From Antedon mediterranea (lineage: Eukaryota; Animalia; Echinodermata): 64,000 bases of DNA. The translations under genes were made by a program, and so were the position numbers. Positions 28,901 through 38,989 of this stretch are shown here, piece after piece. How positions within the stretch are numbered: the first letter of the stretch is position 1; each line of letters opens with the position of its first letter. The notes under the pieces are model-generated. The model did not search any database. It saw only the letters and a program-made list of their open reading frames with translations, and was not told the DNA's origin. The stretch is from the NCBI RefSeq assembly GCF_964355755.1, contig NC_092678.1, forward strand, positions 18,679,365 to 18,743,364, read 5' to 3'.

Positions 28901-31900
28901 GTATATACGAAGCAATAGTGTTTTTATAAAACATTACCACTTTCTTTCTGGCTGTTCCATTATATCACTTGTTTATGTTTATTTTATTTGTATTTACATT
29001 GAGATCAGCCACTGATACCAACATCATTTAATAACTAACATTATTATGAACTATTTACTTGGGCGTTTCTAAGAATAATTATTAATGACACTGTTTTGAT
29101 ATTAAGTATATTGTATTCTTCGTCTTCTTACATTTTCATTCTCATTCAATATTTTTCATTAGGTCTGGCTACTTTTAGAGCACTCGCTAGATTCAACATT
29201 CCTTTCGAAGATGACTATGCAGACAGAGAAAGTCTGGCATTCAAAAATTTCACAGATGCGTTGGAAGCTACTGTAAGTACATTTGAACGGTTACCGGTTT
29301 TGGCTCTTCATCAAAATACTATTGTCGACAAAAAATATAAATAATAAATATGCAAGATGTTTTATAGATAACAATCAAGAATATTAATGGTAAATGATAC
29401 TTGACTGTACAGAAAATAATATTCTTAAACTATACAGAACAAAATTATGTTAAAAGGTGTTCAGCAAAAATTTAGTTATAGACAAATAAGATATATGAAT
29501 ATACATTAACTACACATTTAGTAGATAGTAAAATAGATAGATAGCTAAATAGATATTAATAGAGGGCAGCCGACAATCTCAATGTTTGCGCTGTCCAACT
29601 TTCATCACGTCTAAAAATGATTGTGTTTTGAGAAAGTACTGTGCATACATTTCCGATTCCGATAATGTTTAGAACAATTTTGGATCAAAAACATAGTATT
29701 TACTATTTGTGTAATGTATGTATTACTTATTGATAGTAACGAATACAAATATATTTATTTCAGTTGTCTGCAAGCCTGCCTCAATCATTTGAATTCTTCG
29801 TCACGAGTCTGGAATCCGGGAGTGTCATTGCTAATATGGATTTATACTTCAACCAAGCCCAAAACGCAACCACTTACAGTTCTATGATAAATGATTCCCT
29901 AACTACATTGGAAGGGTATGAGACGGACCCTGAATCTGTTGTTGTTACAAGTATATGTAAGTACATATTAGGCCTATAAGGTTGAAGATAAAGTAATGTA
30001 TTATATAAACATGTTGTAACCCAAAACACTATCGCATAATAATATTGTATTGCCACATGATTTAATTAATTGTCACTATGCATGTAGTAACATTGTTTAT
30101 TTCCAAATTAATATAATATTCAATATTTTTAAGAGTGCTGTTTCTATATTATAATGGTTAGTACATTAAGTTTTATTTATGAAAAAATCTTTTTTGAAAA
30201 TGTTAGATATTTTGTCCCCAAAACATGAAAACAAAATTTAATTCAAAAAACTTTCAATAGGTCATCTTAATTCACTTCGACCGGAACAAATATTTGTTAA
30301 TGAAAATATGTTTTTTCCGATTCGACCTCTTCTATTGTCAGAATCTGTCGTCTCACTTGGCGTCTCATAGATAGAAATAGAATCTGTCGTCTCGCTTGGC
30401 GTCTCATAGAGAGAAATTAATAATGCAAAATATATAAAATATTCATTCTAATTATGAAATGTTTTCTTTTTTTTAATTAAGCATCTTGTGTTGGAGAGGA
30501 CATTGTGATTGATGGCACTTTGTACACTTTTGAAGATGCTCCACTTGGTGTCACTGCAGATTCGTTACAAGATTGTCCGCTATATTCAGACCAAGGTAAA
30601 TAACAAGACTATTAAATGCTGTTATTCTATAATTGTAACTTAGGAATATCATGGAGTAATAATAAGTTTATTATCAATAGTATTATGCCTACTCCATGGT
30701 AATATGCCACGTTATCTCTACTGAATGCGCACAGTACATTATTGCATACAATACAATACAATTTTTGTTTTCATTTTGTTTACATTAGGCAAAACTGTTT
30801 CTCTTGCGACCCGATACTGTGGTGGAGACTTCGTATCAGGAGCTCTATGGGAATCCATCGTTATCACAGACTGTTACATTGGAACGACTTCAATGCAAAT
30901 ACAAATGATAGATGAGGTATCAATAACTTTTTTTTAAATGTATAGATATAATAGAGAAGTTTGGATAATATGTTCTTTTCTACATTAATCAACTACATTG
31001 AGTACGGTTTTTGAAGGTGTTGATTGTCTCTGAAATGACAAATCTTTCTTTCATTTACTAACAAAGTTATTCACATTTTAAATATAAATAAAACATAATA
31101 TATCAAGGAAGAATAATAGTTAATAAACGAGGGCAACCTTTCTAAACTTAATAATATATAAAACATTTTTTAAACTTCTCAAATATAATTCACTTTTGAA
31201 ACACGAAAATAATTACCTTAAACAAACACATAATATTCTTTCTTTTTTAAATGCTGAGTTTCATAACAACATTAATTCCACATCTTTGCACCAGAATACC
31301 ATTCCCATAGAATTTTGTTCGATATTTTGGTATAGGCCTACACAAAATTGTGACCTTGTTGAATAATGAAAATTAATGAACAAAAATATTGAAAAGTTGG
31401 AGGTTCACCATGTATACTTTCATGACAAATAAAGTAGTTAAATACTGATATTGTTGATTTATTCTAAGTTCTTTAAATAATAATGATGTGGATGCTAATC
31501 TATCCGAATAACTCAATTTGCGTAGATGTACTGTTTCCTCAATCTTCTAATGCAAATGATATATGCGGTAAAATAAATTATATAAAAGCACGAGAATGGT
31601 TGTAGTAAGATTGTTATAATGAACTTTCCCTGTAAGTTTATGTCTATATCTCCTCTGGAAAATTGTTCCAATACGTAATCACTTCACGTAATAACTTCTA
31701 GCTCAGACCGGTGCTTATTTATTTATTTTATTTTATTCAATCAAAACCAACAGCGATGATTACCGCCACTAACAGGTTTTATACAAACAAAGTCAGGACT
31801 GTTTAAAGCACCTTGATCGGTCCTAACATTGATCAAGGGCTTCTCTCGTCCTGTGCCCACCTTGACCAGAGGAAAGGCATAAGCCAATACGTCTGAGACA

Positions 31901-34900
31901 GATACTAGATGCAGGGCCTGCCATAAGAGTCAGCAGTGCTGATTTCAAACGCCTAACGGTACCCCCAGCTTCATATACAGAACCCGATATTCCCAGATGG
32001 TCTCCCATCCAAGCTCAGTAACCAGGCCCAACGTTGCTTAACTTCGGTGATCTGACGAGAACCGGTGTTTCAACATGGTAAAGCCGTACTTTGAGAGTAG
32101 GTTTGACTTGATATGTCAAATTGTATTTCACAGTGTTGGTAGCATTTTTAGGAAATTATGTATTTACTGATTTTGTAGATTGAAGTTACAGAAGAGAATG
32201 GCGGAGACGTAGCCGAGGCTCTTGCAGAAGTCACCAGCAATACGGAAGATCTCGATGAAGAAGCGGTTGATACAATTGCAGATATTTTAGAAGACATTGT
32301 TGATCTTGAGATGCCTGACGAAATGGTATTTATTTTTTTTTGTATATCAAACCTTAAGAAGTAGACGGCCACAACTGGATTAACATTCTTTGAAAATAGG
32401 CCTAGTGGTGACCCAATAGGCCATAATGAGATTGATATACCACCTTGTAAAATATTCTTCACTATGACATAATTATTACAATGGAATTTGTGAATCTAAA
32501 CATTATTATTTACAGATAACATTAAATGTTGTTGAAGTTGTCGATAACATCATCGATTCTAACATACTCGATTCATCAATGAGGGAAACGGCATCGTCAT
32601 TTGTGACGTCATTAGAAAGACAACTTGCAACAGTGGCAGCAGCAGGCATGAACTTCACCAGTGTACAACCACATGTTGGCGTGGTGACTTTAGCAGTAAG
32701 CCCAGAATCTCTAGTAAACGGGCTAGCATACGTTGCTTTCTCTGACGGCGACTCGCTCAAGGACGCTTTTGAACCAGACGATGTAAAAACGTATTACGAG
32801 AAGACATTTCCTTTTGAAATGGTGGGGGCGTCAATCGCACTTCCGCCTGAGATCGTCTCACTTAGCCAAGAACAAACAGGAGAAGATGAGATCAGAGTAT
32901 ATTTTACAGTGTACCAAAACAGTTCGTTGTTCATTTCAAACAGCTTAGGTAACGCGTCTGGAGAAGGATTTACGCGCCAAGTTGGCAGTCAGATTATTTC
33001 AGCCACAATAGAAGCAGTCAAGATTGATGGACTGTTGACACCAATAAAAGCCGCTTTTCTACCACGCTTTGTAAGTGCTTTATACACACGCTTACTTATA
33101 ATTTCATATTACAAGAGATGTATTAGTAAAGTATTTTACTAATTTACTAACTAATCTATTTCTAAAGTCTACTTCTCTTTCTTTCAGTTGTGTTTACTTT
33201 GACAAAAACATTTCAAATCTTTTTACCGATTGGAGATTTGTAAATTCATATTTTTATTTTCTTTTAGGAAACTGCTAATAATACAGAATGTGTATTCTGG
33301 GATTTCTCACTTGATAATGGAATAGGCGATTGGTCAAGCGAAGGATGTGAGCTAGATGGAACAACTGACGACCGTGTTGTATGCTTATGTGATCATCTTA
33401 CAAATTTTGCTATTCTTGTTGTAAGTCACTATTATTTTTTTTTACCATTAAGTGACATCATTTAGCTTATCTTTTGCATTTGGGCGCAAACACTTGGCCT
33501 TTATTTTCTTTTATTTGAAAGATATTGGTTTTACACGTCAATCACGGTCAATGTTGTACGATATTTAGCATGAGACAAGAATGTGGTCGACTAGGCCTAC
33601 GTTTATCCATGGATAATTCTCCATGATTGAACATATTGTTTTCCCGGAAAAATATAGAAAGTAAAGAGCAAGATCAATGGGAATATCTAAGATCTTGAAA
33701 AATCACAGAACAAATGTTTACTTATTAGTATGTGATAAAGAAACATCAGTATCAATGTATTTTTCTACAACATAACAGGTAAATAATTAAAAATACACCT
33801 GCATCGGATCGGTTATTGTACCAGAGATCGTTAAACGTGATTAAAGAATTTAATGTATACGTATGGAAGGCAAAAAGGGTCTTTGAATACATATTTCTAT
33901 TGGAGGAATAGCATATCTAAAAGTATTCTACAGTAATATTGCAATAATATGTTAACGAATGCTTTCTTTTACAGGATTATTACGAACCTAAAGATTCTGC
34001 GTTTCACGATGCCTTAACTATCATCAGTTTAATCGGATGCATCGTGTCTATTGTGTGTTTAGCAGTTACAATAGCTACGTATTTATACTTTAAGTAAGTA
34101 TTCCGCATGAAAATACAGTATACAATGTCCTTCAGGCGTGTCACTTCAATAGTGGCATTTCCAACGTAGTAGTAGTAGTGTAGTGTTTTCCGGGTATCTC
34201 TTATTAGAGATTCCTTCTTAAATGTCTTAAGTAAGTGTTTCTACTGTATGTGAACATGAATACCATTTTTGTAAACACATACTAGTTCATTGGTATAGTT
34301 CTCTGGTTAATAGTAATACATATTCATTTTAATGTTCTTGCTTTATTGCAGACAATTTCGAAGTAAACGTCCTCAGAAGATCCTCATAAACCTGTCACTA
34401 TCTTTGCTACTCCTTTACCTCGTGTTTGCAATTGGTATTGAGCAGACAGGTTCTAGAAATGGATGCATCGCTGTAGCAGCGCTGATTCATTACTTTGGAC
34501 TGGCCTCTATTTTCTGGATGTCAATCGAAGCTGTAAACATGTACCTTATGTTCGTCAAAGTTTTTTACGATGATATCGAACACTTTATGCTGAAAGTATG
34601 TTTAGCAGGATACGGTAAATGCTTTTTTTAATCATATTCAATGATTCAAGCAGAATATTGTAATGTAGTGATATAGATTTATAATTGAAAAAATCAACCT
34701 TAATATCACAATTCAATTGAGTTCACCAATTTGCCCCAGAAAGGTCCAGTGAAGAAATTGTACAGATGTTTAAATGTCCATTAGGCATAATAATTAGTTC
34801 CCCAAAGAAAACAGTTGACTTGACATATGATCTTTTTTTAAGCACATATTTGACAGGGCCAATTTGTCATTGTAACCACCCAGATACAATTAATCAATCT

Positions 34901-36185
34901 TTCTAAAAGGTACCTAGATAAACTTAGGACCAATGGTTAAGCTCAGAGATAATTTAATGACATATGCTAATGACATATGCTAATGAGCAGAAGACGATAT
35001 ACCCCCAAGTTTCAGAAGAGCCCAGACACAACACCTAACAGACATTTCTCGGAACACACACTTTACAGACACTTCATCAGAAGCACATCTACAGCCATGC
35101 CTCACTTACAGCATCACTTATACTTTGTTCCTGTTTCTTTATTACCGTATTATCCTGTGTCATGTTATCCTGCATTATCCTGTATTATATCGTGTATTAT
35201 ACCGTATTACTGAATAAACAACTGTGATATTTCACTCAACCAAATCAATATAGCAAAACCTCACACATTATATAACAATATTGACCAAATTGAATAAAAC
35301 ATGCCGAACACTCGTAGATTGTGTCTTTTCTAAATATTTTTCTTTCACCAATATTTATGTTCTGTTGTTTTTAGGATTTCCTCTGGTGATTGTTGCAGTT
35401 TGTTTAGGTGTTGATGTTGATCACTATGCGAATGAAAACTAGTAAGTATCACAAATCAACGTATAGTAATAAACCGGTGGATAAAACCATCAATTTAGCG
35501 CCATTTTAAAGACTGGATCCCACTTCATGGAGGAAACCCAAGAACATAACCCAAACTCAAGTACTGTAATTTAATCACAAGTTATAAAGCAGGCTATAGG
35601 TCTTCAATCATCTTCTTCGTTTGATAAACATATGTTGCTTTTTTAAATTAAGTAACAATCATTCTTTTTTGCAGCTGTTTCATTCCTTCTGGGAATGTTC
35701 GCAACTATGGCTTCATTCTGATCATCGGCATACTACTTCTGTTTAATGTCGTTGTATTCATTTTAGTAATGCGTACATTGACATGCGGAAGAAAGATTGC
35801 CAAAACAGTTGATCAAACGAAGAGAGAGATAGTCATGAAACGTCTGCAGAACGCTATCGCGGTGTCTGTACTTCTAGGCCTAACATGGGTTTTTGGATTC
35901 CTCGCAATCGATGCAGATTCGACCTCTCGCGACGCGTTTCAGTTGTTATTCTGTATCTTTAACTCTCTGCAAGGCCTCTTCATTTTTCTGTTGTTCTGTG
36001 TTCGCCAGAAAGATATTCGTGACGCGTGGAAGACATGTTGCAAAGAAAGTGACAGAGCTAAGCGAGCTAAGTACGCTACCGATACTAGTAACAGCAAGGG
36101 TAAAGTCAAAGACCAGAGTATTCCACTGACAGGAGACTCTACACACAGTACAAATACTGCTAGTAAAAACATCGAGAATGTGTAA
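2192..36185 (+). CDS. Adhesion GPCR gene A (ADGRG2/G6-like 7TM); SP-11xEGF-LDLa-X-Ig-Y-Ig-SEA-HormR-GAIN/GPS-7TM; 31 exons, ~1883 aa
   Basis: GT-AG exons in consistent phase: 2192-2276, 8067-8180, 12236-12355, 13375-13494, 13764-13889, 14556-14657, 15604-15720, 16145-16246, 18130-18285, 19134-19253, 20140-20244, 20903-21046, 21425-21544, 22198-22364, 22807-22923, 24965-25301, 25863-26061, 26353-26420, 26693-27310, 27947-28201, 29163-29272, 29764-29956, 30482-30595, 30789-30916, 32179-32325, 32516-33070, 33268-33420, 33975-34093, 34352-34614, 35375-35441, 35675-36185. Total 5652 nt, a multiple of 3. GPS CVFW...WSSEGC...CLCDHL/TNFAILV; family-B2 TM motifs (KILINLS, HYFGLASIFWMSIEAVNMY, LLGLTWVFG, FNSLQGLFIF). 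Confidence 0.92.
2590..2790. repeat. Minisatellite, ~3.3 x ~60 bp
   Basis: Unit aaaggtccggacaataaccacctattaatggactctaccattgttagcggatggacctat. Confidence 0.85.
5009..5070 (-). mobile_element. Helitron-like 3' terminus, related family
   Basis: Minus strand: tcgagaaccatc...cCTAGAGGGAGAGCgagcgaagtgaGCTCACCCTCTAG/t. Confidence 0.5.
5893..6142. repeat. Interspersed repeat; inverted copy at 21569-21815
   Basis: e.g. tatccaaggcggagatttataccgaagtttttgcattgtgctcgcctatgtcagaattaaccata matches the reverse complement of 21569-21635. Confidence 0.8.
7645..7791. mobile_element. Right-end fragment of the same MITE family, including its tRNA-derived segment
   Basis: ggttcgaatcccatgagcaac...ggggtccccaacttacgtacgaaaaaaaatcgc aligns with ~11707-11849. 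Confidence 0.7.
8067..21046 (+). CDS. Gene A exons 2-12: eleven single-EGF exons, all phase 1-1
   Basis: Each exon encodes a six-Cys EGF, e.g. CNVETCLNGGSCAPVELGKLCDCPQGFTGSSCE (8067-8180), CINTPRYCENGATC...CQCLPGFKGDQCE (12236-12355), CDTNPCANGGIC...CACAPGFRGPTC (20903-21046). All have AG/GT boundaries and lengths divisible by 3. Confidence 0.88.
8328..9140. mobile_element. Terminal region of a DNA-transposon-like repeat with dense ACGT/AACGTT subrepeats
   Basis: Starts CCCAGCAAACA; internal ~150-bp duplication (8400-8550 vs 8550-8705) and dozens of TAACGT/AACGTT motifs. Confidence 0.55.
9472..10544 (-). pseudogene. Antisense spliced gene fragment, BEN/DUF4806-like C-terminus, probably a transposon accessory gene
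   Basis: Three minus-strand GT-AG exons in frame: 10544-10511, 10195-10095, 9513-9472, giving VDRKLCETMTA/ESCMRAHPQTKQCEIEIAETLKHAPNRPGGSRYK/ERNVPDSREEDDL*. The IAExLKHAPxR pattern resembles DUF4806/BEN C-termini (from memory, not searched). Confidence 0.5.
10662..10761. repeat. Minisatellite, 14-bp unit GGCATATTCCCTTT
   Basis: Four perfect copies plus degenerate ones. Confidence 0.9.
10978..11500 (-). mobile_element. 5'-truncated Rex1/Babar-type LINE (ORF2 C-terminus, 3' UTR, (TTATC)n tail)
   Basis: ORF 11137-11502: FYRSVICSVWTYCLSCWAGN...RRAGKMIG...DASHPLH...SGRLR...KTNRFAKSFIP. 3' end ...aatttcct...gatcaataaaagttatcttatcttatc. Confidence 0.8.
11653..11730 (+). mobile_element. tRNA-derived SINE head
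   Basis: A box TGGTCTAGTGG and B-box-like GGTTTGAATC; degenerate cloverleaf. Confidence 0.55.
12635..12760 (+). mobile_element. tRNA-derived SINE fragment; relatives at 13575-13695 and ~18650-18820
   Basis: A/B-box-like head (gctaagcggttaagac...gagttcgagtc) and shared core ccatggttctggt..gaacgagtc..tcgga.aag.ac. Confidence 0.55.
12761..13020. mobile_element. Fold-back MITE-like element with ~75-bp inverted arms
   Basis: aaacctccaaaaaaacatagc...ataaaagtgattgaatcatgtagt...acccact is the reverse complement of agtgggt...actacatgattcaatcacttttat...tttttggaggttt. Confidence 0.7.
15146..15263 (-). mobile_element. Short tRNA-derived SINE; relative at ~16613-16712
   Basis: Minus strand tggcttggtggttatgatgcttggctacc...gggtcctgggttcaagtcc; GAGTGGAG/CTCCACTC inverted ends. 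Confidence 0.5.
16275..16500. mobile_element. MITE with 16-bp TIRs
   Basis: GTTTCCGCAGCCAAAA ... TTTTGGCTGCGGAAAC. Confidence 0.6.
16736..16880. mobile_element. Harbinger-like MITE family (GGTTCCCACTAG ends); copies at ~135-250, 17825-17925, 18430-18580
   Basis: Shared ttgaccaat..caag, cattggtcaactcacttgcgt and ctagtgggaa.caagc motifs. Confidence 0.55.
17042..17690 (-). mobile_element. 5'-truncated, frameshifted CR1-clade LINE 3' end
   Basis: ORFs 17463-17690 (YESLIQPSLDFCSVFFN...RIERIQKK) and 17200-17514 (DKRKINDLTFLYKCLN...FNVP...LR); 3' stem-loop cctgtaattggtgtatacactgttgg and an (AAAT)n-like tail. Confidence 0.75.
19877..19957. repeat. (TA)n microsatellite, ~40 units
   Basis: Direct reading. 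Confidence 0.95.
21425..21544 (+). CDS. Gene A LDL-receptor class A exon
   Basis: [37 protein letters not shown]: six Cys and the DCxDxSDE motif. Confidence 0.9.
21569..21815. repeat. Interspersed repeat; inverted copy of 5893-6142
   Basis: Reverse-complement alignment over about 250 bp. Confidence 0.8.
22198..28201 (+). CDS. Gene A exons 14-20: unnamed domain X (22198-25301), Ig (25863-26420), unnamed domain Y (26693-27310), Ig (27947-28201)
   Basis: Ig motifs APIIT...VTLYCVASGVPSATVQW...YVCQVGN and PEVVRHPES...LECNI...WFKNG...QGDYSC. The X and Y exons are open, in phase and conserved in gene B. Confidence 0.85.
22530..22569 (+). ncRNA. Minimal type I hammerhead ribozyme motif (Penelope-retroelement type)
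   Basis: ctc-CTGAGGA-c-GATCAA agcata TTGATC-GAAAC-GTC-gag: catalytic core, 6-bp stem II, palindromic ACGT in place of stem III, 3-bp stem I. Confidence 0.6.
24650..24921 (+). mobile_element. Non-autonomous Helitron-like element, 3' end
   Basis: Ends in the hairpin CTAGATGATACGC gagcgaagcga GCGTACCATCTAG followed by T; the body aligns with ~1030-1310. Confidence 0.6.
28298..28763. mobile_element. MITE with ~50-bp imperfect TIRs
   Basis: tagtgaggttttgcaaccttacaaatacgatatcgaaaacggatacg vs cgtatccgttttcgttatcgtattcgtaagattgtgaaacctctcta. Confidence 0.7.
29163..33420 (+). CDS. Gene A exons 21-27: SEA, HormR-like and GAIN/GPS domains
   Basis: SEA: FRALARFNIPFEDDYADRESLAFKNF...LESGSVIANMDLYF. HormR-like: SC...CP...ATRYCGGDFVSGALW...DC. 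GPS: CDHL/TNFAILV at 33268-33420. Confidence 0.88.
30340..30417. repeat. Tandem duplication, 2 x 39 bp
   Basis: agaatctgtcgtctc(a/g)cttggcgtctcataga(t/g)agaaat twice. Confidence 0.85.
31715..32089 (-). mobile_element. 5S rRNA-derived SINE (SINE3-type)
   Basis: Minus strand ~32089-31975 is a near full-length 5S rRNA copy (TACGGCTTTACCATGTTGAAACACCGGTTCTCGTCAGATCACCGAAGTTAAGCAACG...GGATGGGAGACC...GGGAATATCGGGTTCTGTA). It is followed by ~200 bp of body, a LINE-like 3' motif and an AATAA-repeat tail. Confidence 0.8.
33975..36185 (+). CDS. Gene A exons 28-31: 7TM domain and C-terminal tail
   Basis: TM1 LTIISLIGCIVSIVCLAVTIATYLYF through TM7 FQLLFCIFNSLQGLFIFLLFCV; stop TAA ends at 36185 after ...KNIENV. 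Confidence 0.95.
34659..35277 (+). mobile_element. Solo LTR (Gypsy-like, 4-bp TSD)
   Basis: TGTAATG...ATAACA ends, TSD ATAT on both sides, CCAAT and AATAAA (35213); homologous to 41245-41917. Confidence 0.8.
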
Positions 36186-38026
36186 AACCCACGTAGTAAC
36201 ATTTTTGAATGATATTCTAGGCCTAAATTTCTGCCATAACTGACTTGTAAATTATGGGCCTTGCATGATTTATGTTTGGTTACGTAAATGCACGATGTTC
36301 TCGTGTCAATCTATGACCTTGAACGCCTCGCTAAGTAATACGCGTAGCCGTTCAGTGAGATGAGAGCGTTTAGTTGATGGAACCTTCTAGATATACGCAT
36401 ATCACGTGTACTTAATACGCACTACACTTGACTAATTCCCGTGGGGTTTCTCTGTATATGTACACAAGAATGTATTTCTTTTCCGCTTGCCCCTAACGAA
36501 CAAAATATGGGAAACAAAACTAATACGATTTGGCGTAATCGTAATCATAATATTCTATAATTGAAGGTACAGTATGGTTTTTTTCTCGTGTGTACTGATT
36601 TATTTGTCGTTTTAACACAATGTTATGTAAACTTATAGGCGCACAATGTATATTTTATTAGGGAACAGTACCGTAGTAAATCGGATTGTTTTTGTCAGAA
36701 TTAATAGTTTAACATTACTGTATAATTATACTGTACCATTTTAATTTATAATAATATCATTGTTCTTTGAATTTTAGATAGTTATAAATAGATGTACATA
36801 TATTCCAATATTTACCTCTTAAGGAATCTTCCATTTTATTTCATAACTATTAGATACTATTTTCTATATAATTTTTTAAAGATCATTGTTTTATAAATAC
36901 ACATTTATAGTCTTTGTAACTAATTATGACGTCATACTAAACTTTTATATGCATATAATTATATTCTGTTTCATGTTTGTCTACAATCATTTCTTTTAAC
37001 TTTTCTTTCATTATTTAGATGTATCTAGTCTGTGTATGTAACACATTATTCACTATGTTGACGTTTTAAGATCATTGTTGTGTACATCATAATCATTGTA
37101 ATCAATGTGTGACGTAATACTACATTTGTAACCTAAACAGGTCACCATTGTCTTATAATTATTGTTATTTTTAAATAAATTGAATAAAATGTTAAATAAA
37201 GAACAGTATGCCTTCTTGTTCGTCAAACAAATCGTGTTCCAGTAGCCAAAACAGTGTTCGTTATACTTTCGATTTTTAAAAAATTCATTAAAGATGTATT
37301 GCGATCCCCAAAGACTTGAAAAATGAAGATTAATAAAATAAGACTTTGAATAGATTTTTGTAGTTTTAATAAAGTTAATCCATTTCGTAGACAAAAAAAA
37401 ACCGGAACAAATAAAATGTTTTCACTTATAAAATGAAAAAATAAGTGGTTAAATTCAAACAAAAACTCATTGACTGGCAGCCAATTTGACTACATTTTGC
37501 TTTAAATGACAGTTTTTTAGGTAAATGCAGTTTTTTTCGATCCAACGTTTGGTCAAAGTGGATAAATATTATGACATTAAAATGGCATATTCAACAAAAA
37601 ATTGTTTAAGAATTATTTTTGCAGGGGGACAACAATACATCTTTAAACAACAACAACAAAAGAAAATGAATCAACGAACTACACGCTGTGTCATTACACA
37701 CAAATACAAACAACATTTATGTTTGTTTATCTACGCAGACTTTTACGCGTGAATATGGAACTCTCACTATTTTTAACATTTCAGTTACGTGCGTAGAGAA
37801 CCTTATTTCTGAAAATTAGGCCTTACTAAGGTTTTGAAACTTAGAAAAATCAAGGCATTCCCATATTTGTTTTAAAGCAAGTGGCGTAGGTTTCGTGCGC
37901 GACACATGCGAATTTCAAAATTAAGTGGCTAACGCTGTTAAATGACTTATATTTATATGATCTAACAAACTTTCCATTTTGGCTTCATATTTTTCCATTT
38001 TAACACAAATTCATTATACAGTTTTA

Positions 38027-38173
38027 AGCTCTGTCTACAATATCAAACCAGTTTGAAAACAAAGAGTGATGTTCCCAAATAGAGTAGTGATATTCCCAAA
38101 TATGGAGTTGACATCACCATATTCATATAAATATAGGCACATCACATAAGGTTCGATAGTGTAGACAGAGCTT
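38027..38173. mobile_element. Short Harbinger-like MITE; second copy at ~6742-6851
   Basis: TIR AAGCTCTGTCTACA...TGTAGACAGAGCTT; the internal gtgat..cccaaata / gacatcaccat motifs are shared between copies. Confidence 0.7.
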
Positions 38174-38827
38174 TTTCGGACTTGCCCCAAGTCTGTTTAT
38201 CAGCATTTCAATTTCTGTCTTGTTTGTGAGCTCAAGTGCGTAGAAAACTCCATATTTCTCAAACAATGTATCGTTTACTAATATTAAGTTTTCGAAACCA
38301 TACTCTAGATTACTAAAAGTTTATGAAGGAAGTTCAATATTCAAAAAGTTATCTTTTTTTGTTTAGTAGTTTGATTGTTTACCATTTTATATTTGTTTTA
38401 TATCTTTAAAATCAAAGAACAGGTTCTTTAATTTGTCAAAATGTGTTTTGTAATAATTATACTTTTTTGTTTGTCATCGTTTATTTGTTTATGTTTATGT
38501 TTGTTTTGTTATTTATTTTTTTTGGATTAACACTGGCATGTGGCCGTAACAGACTTCTGAATCTAAACGTATTTGTACAATCAATATTTTTTCAAGTAGT
38601 AAACGTTTCTGGAACAGACTCCTTTAATTTTATCTACAAAGCCATTATAAGAAAGTGGATGTATTTAAAGCTAAAACACGGATCTTGCTTACTAACGGTT
38701 CAAGGTAAGGTTCACTTTAAAATGTTTGTGTTTCCGGATTCACAAAAAAGGGTGGCTGCTCAACTTGGCCTTATCCTTTCATTTCACACACTGTTGATGT
38801 CTTACACACCAGCCAGTTGAGAGTGCT

Positions 38828-38834
38828 TATAAAA
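38828..38834 (+). promoter_or_regulatory. Candidate TATA box of gene B
   Basis: TATAAAA about 45-60 bp upstream of the ATGs at 38872 and 38887; kept in the duplicate near 42969. Confidence 0.45.
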
Positions 38835-38886
38835 TACTGTTTGTTTATATACTTACTGTAGGACCTAAACGATGTGTGGTACAAAT

Positions 38887-38989
38887 ATGTTTTGGAGAAA
38901 GTGGACAATTTCTAAAACTATTAACAGTATCAGCTTAGTTTATCTTATAGGATTATGTATTGAAAGCAGTAGATGCCAATTTGGTACAG
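38887..38989 (+). CDS. Gene B candidate exon 1, intact signal peptide
   Basis: MFWRKWTISKTINSISLVYLIGLCIESSRCQFGT, then a phase-1 donor (G/gtaaag); shares LIGLCIESSRCQ with gene A exon 1. Confidence 0.72.

Noticed and set aside
31975-32089. Functional 5S rRNA gene
   Set aside because: Single intronic copy with substitutions and indels, damaged terminal stem and no oligo-T terminator; it continues into a SINE-like body and tail.
32148-32760. Minus-strand ORFs; likewise 35939-36202, 48646-49110 and 54540-54887
   Set aside because: Antisense shadows of real + strand exons.
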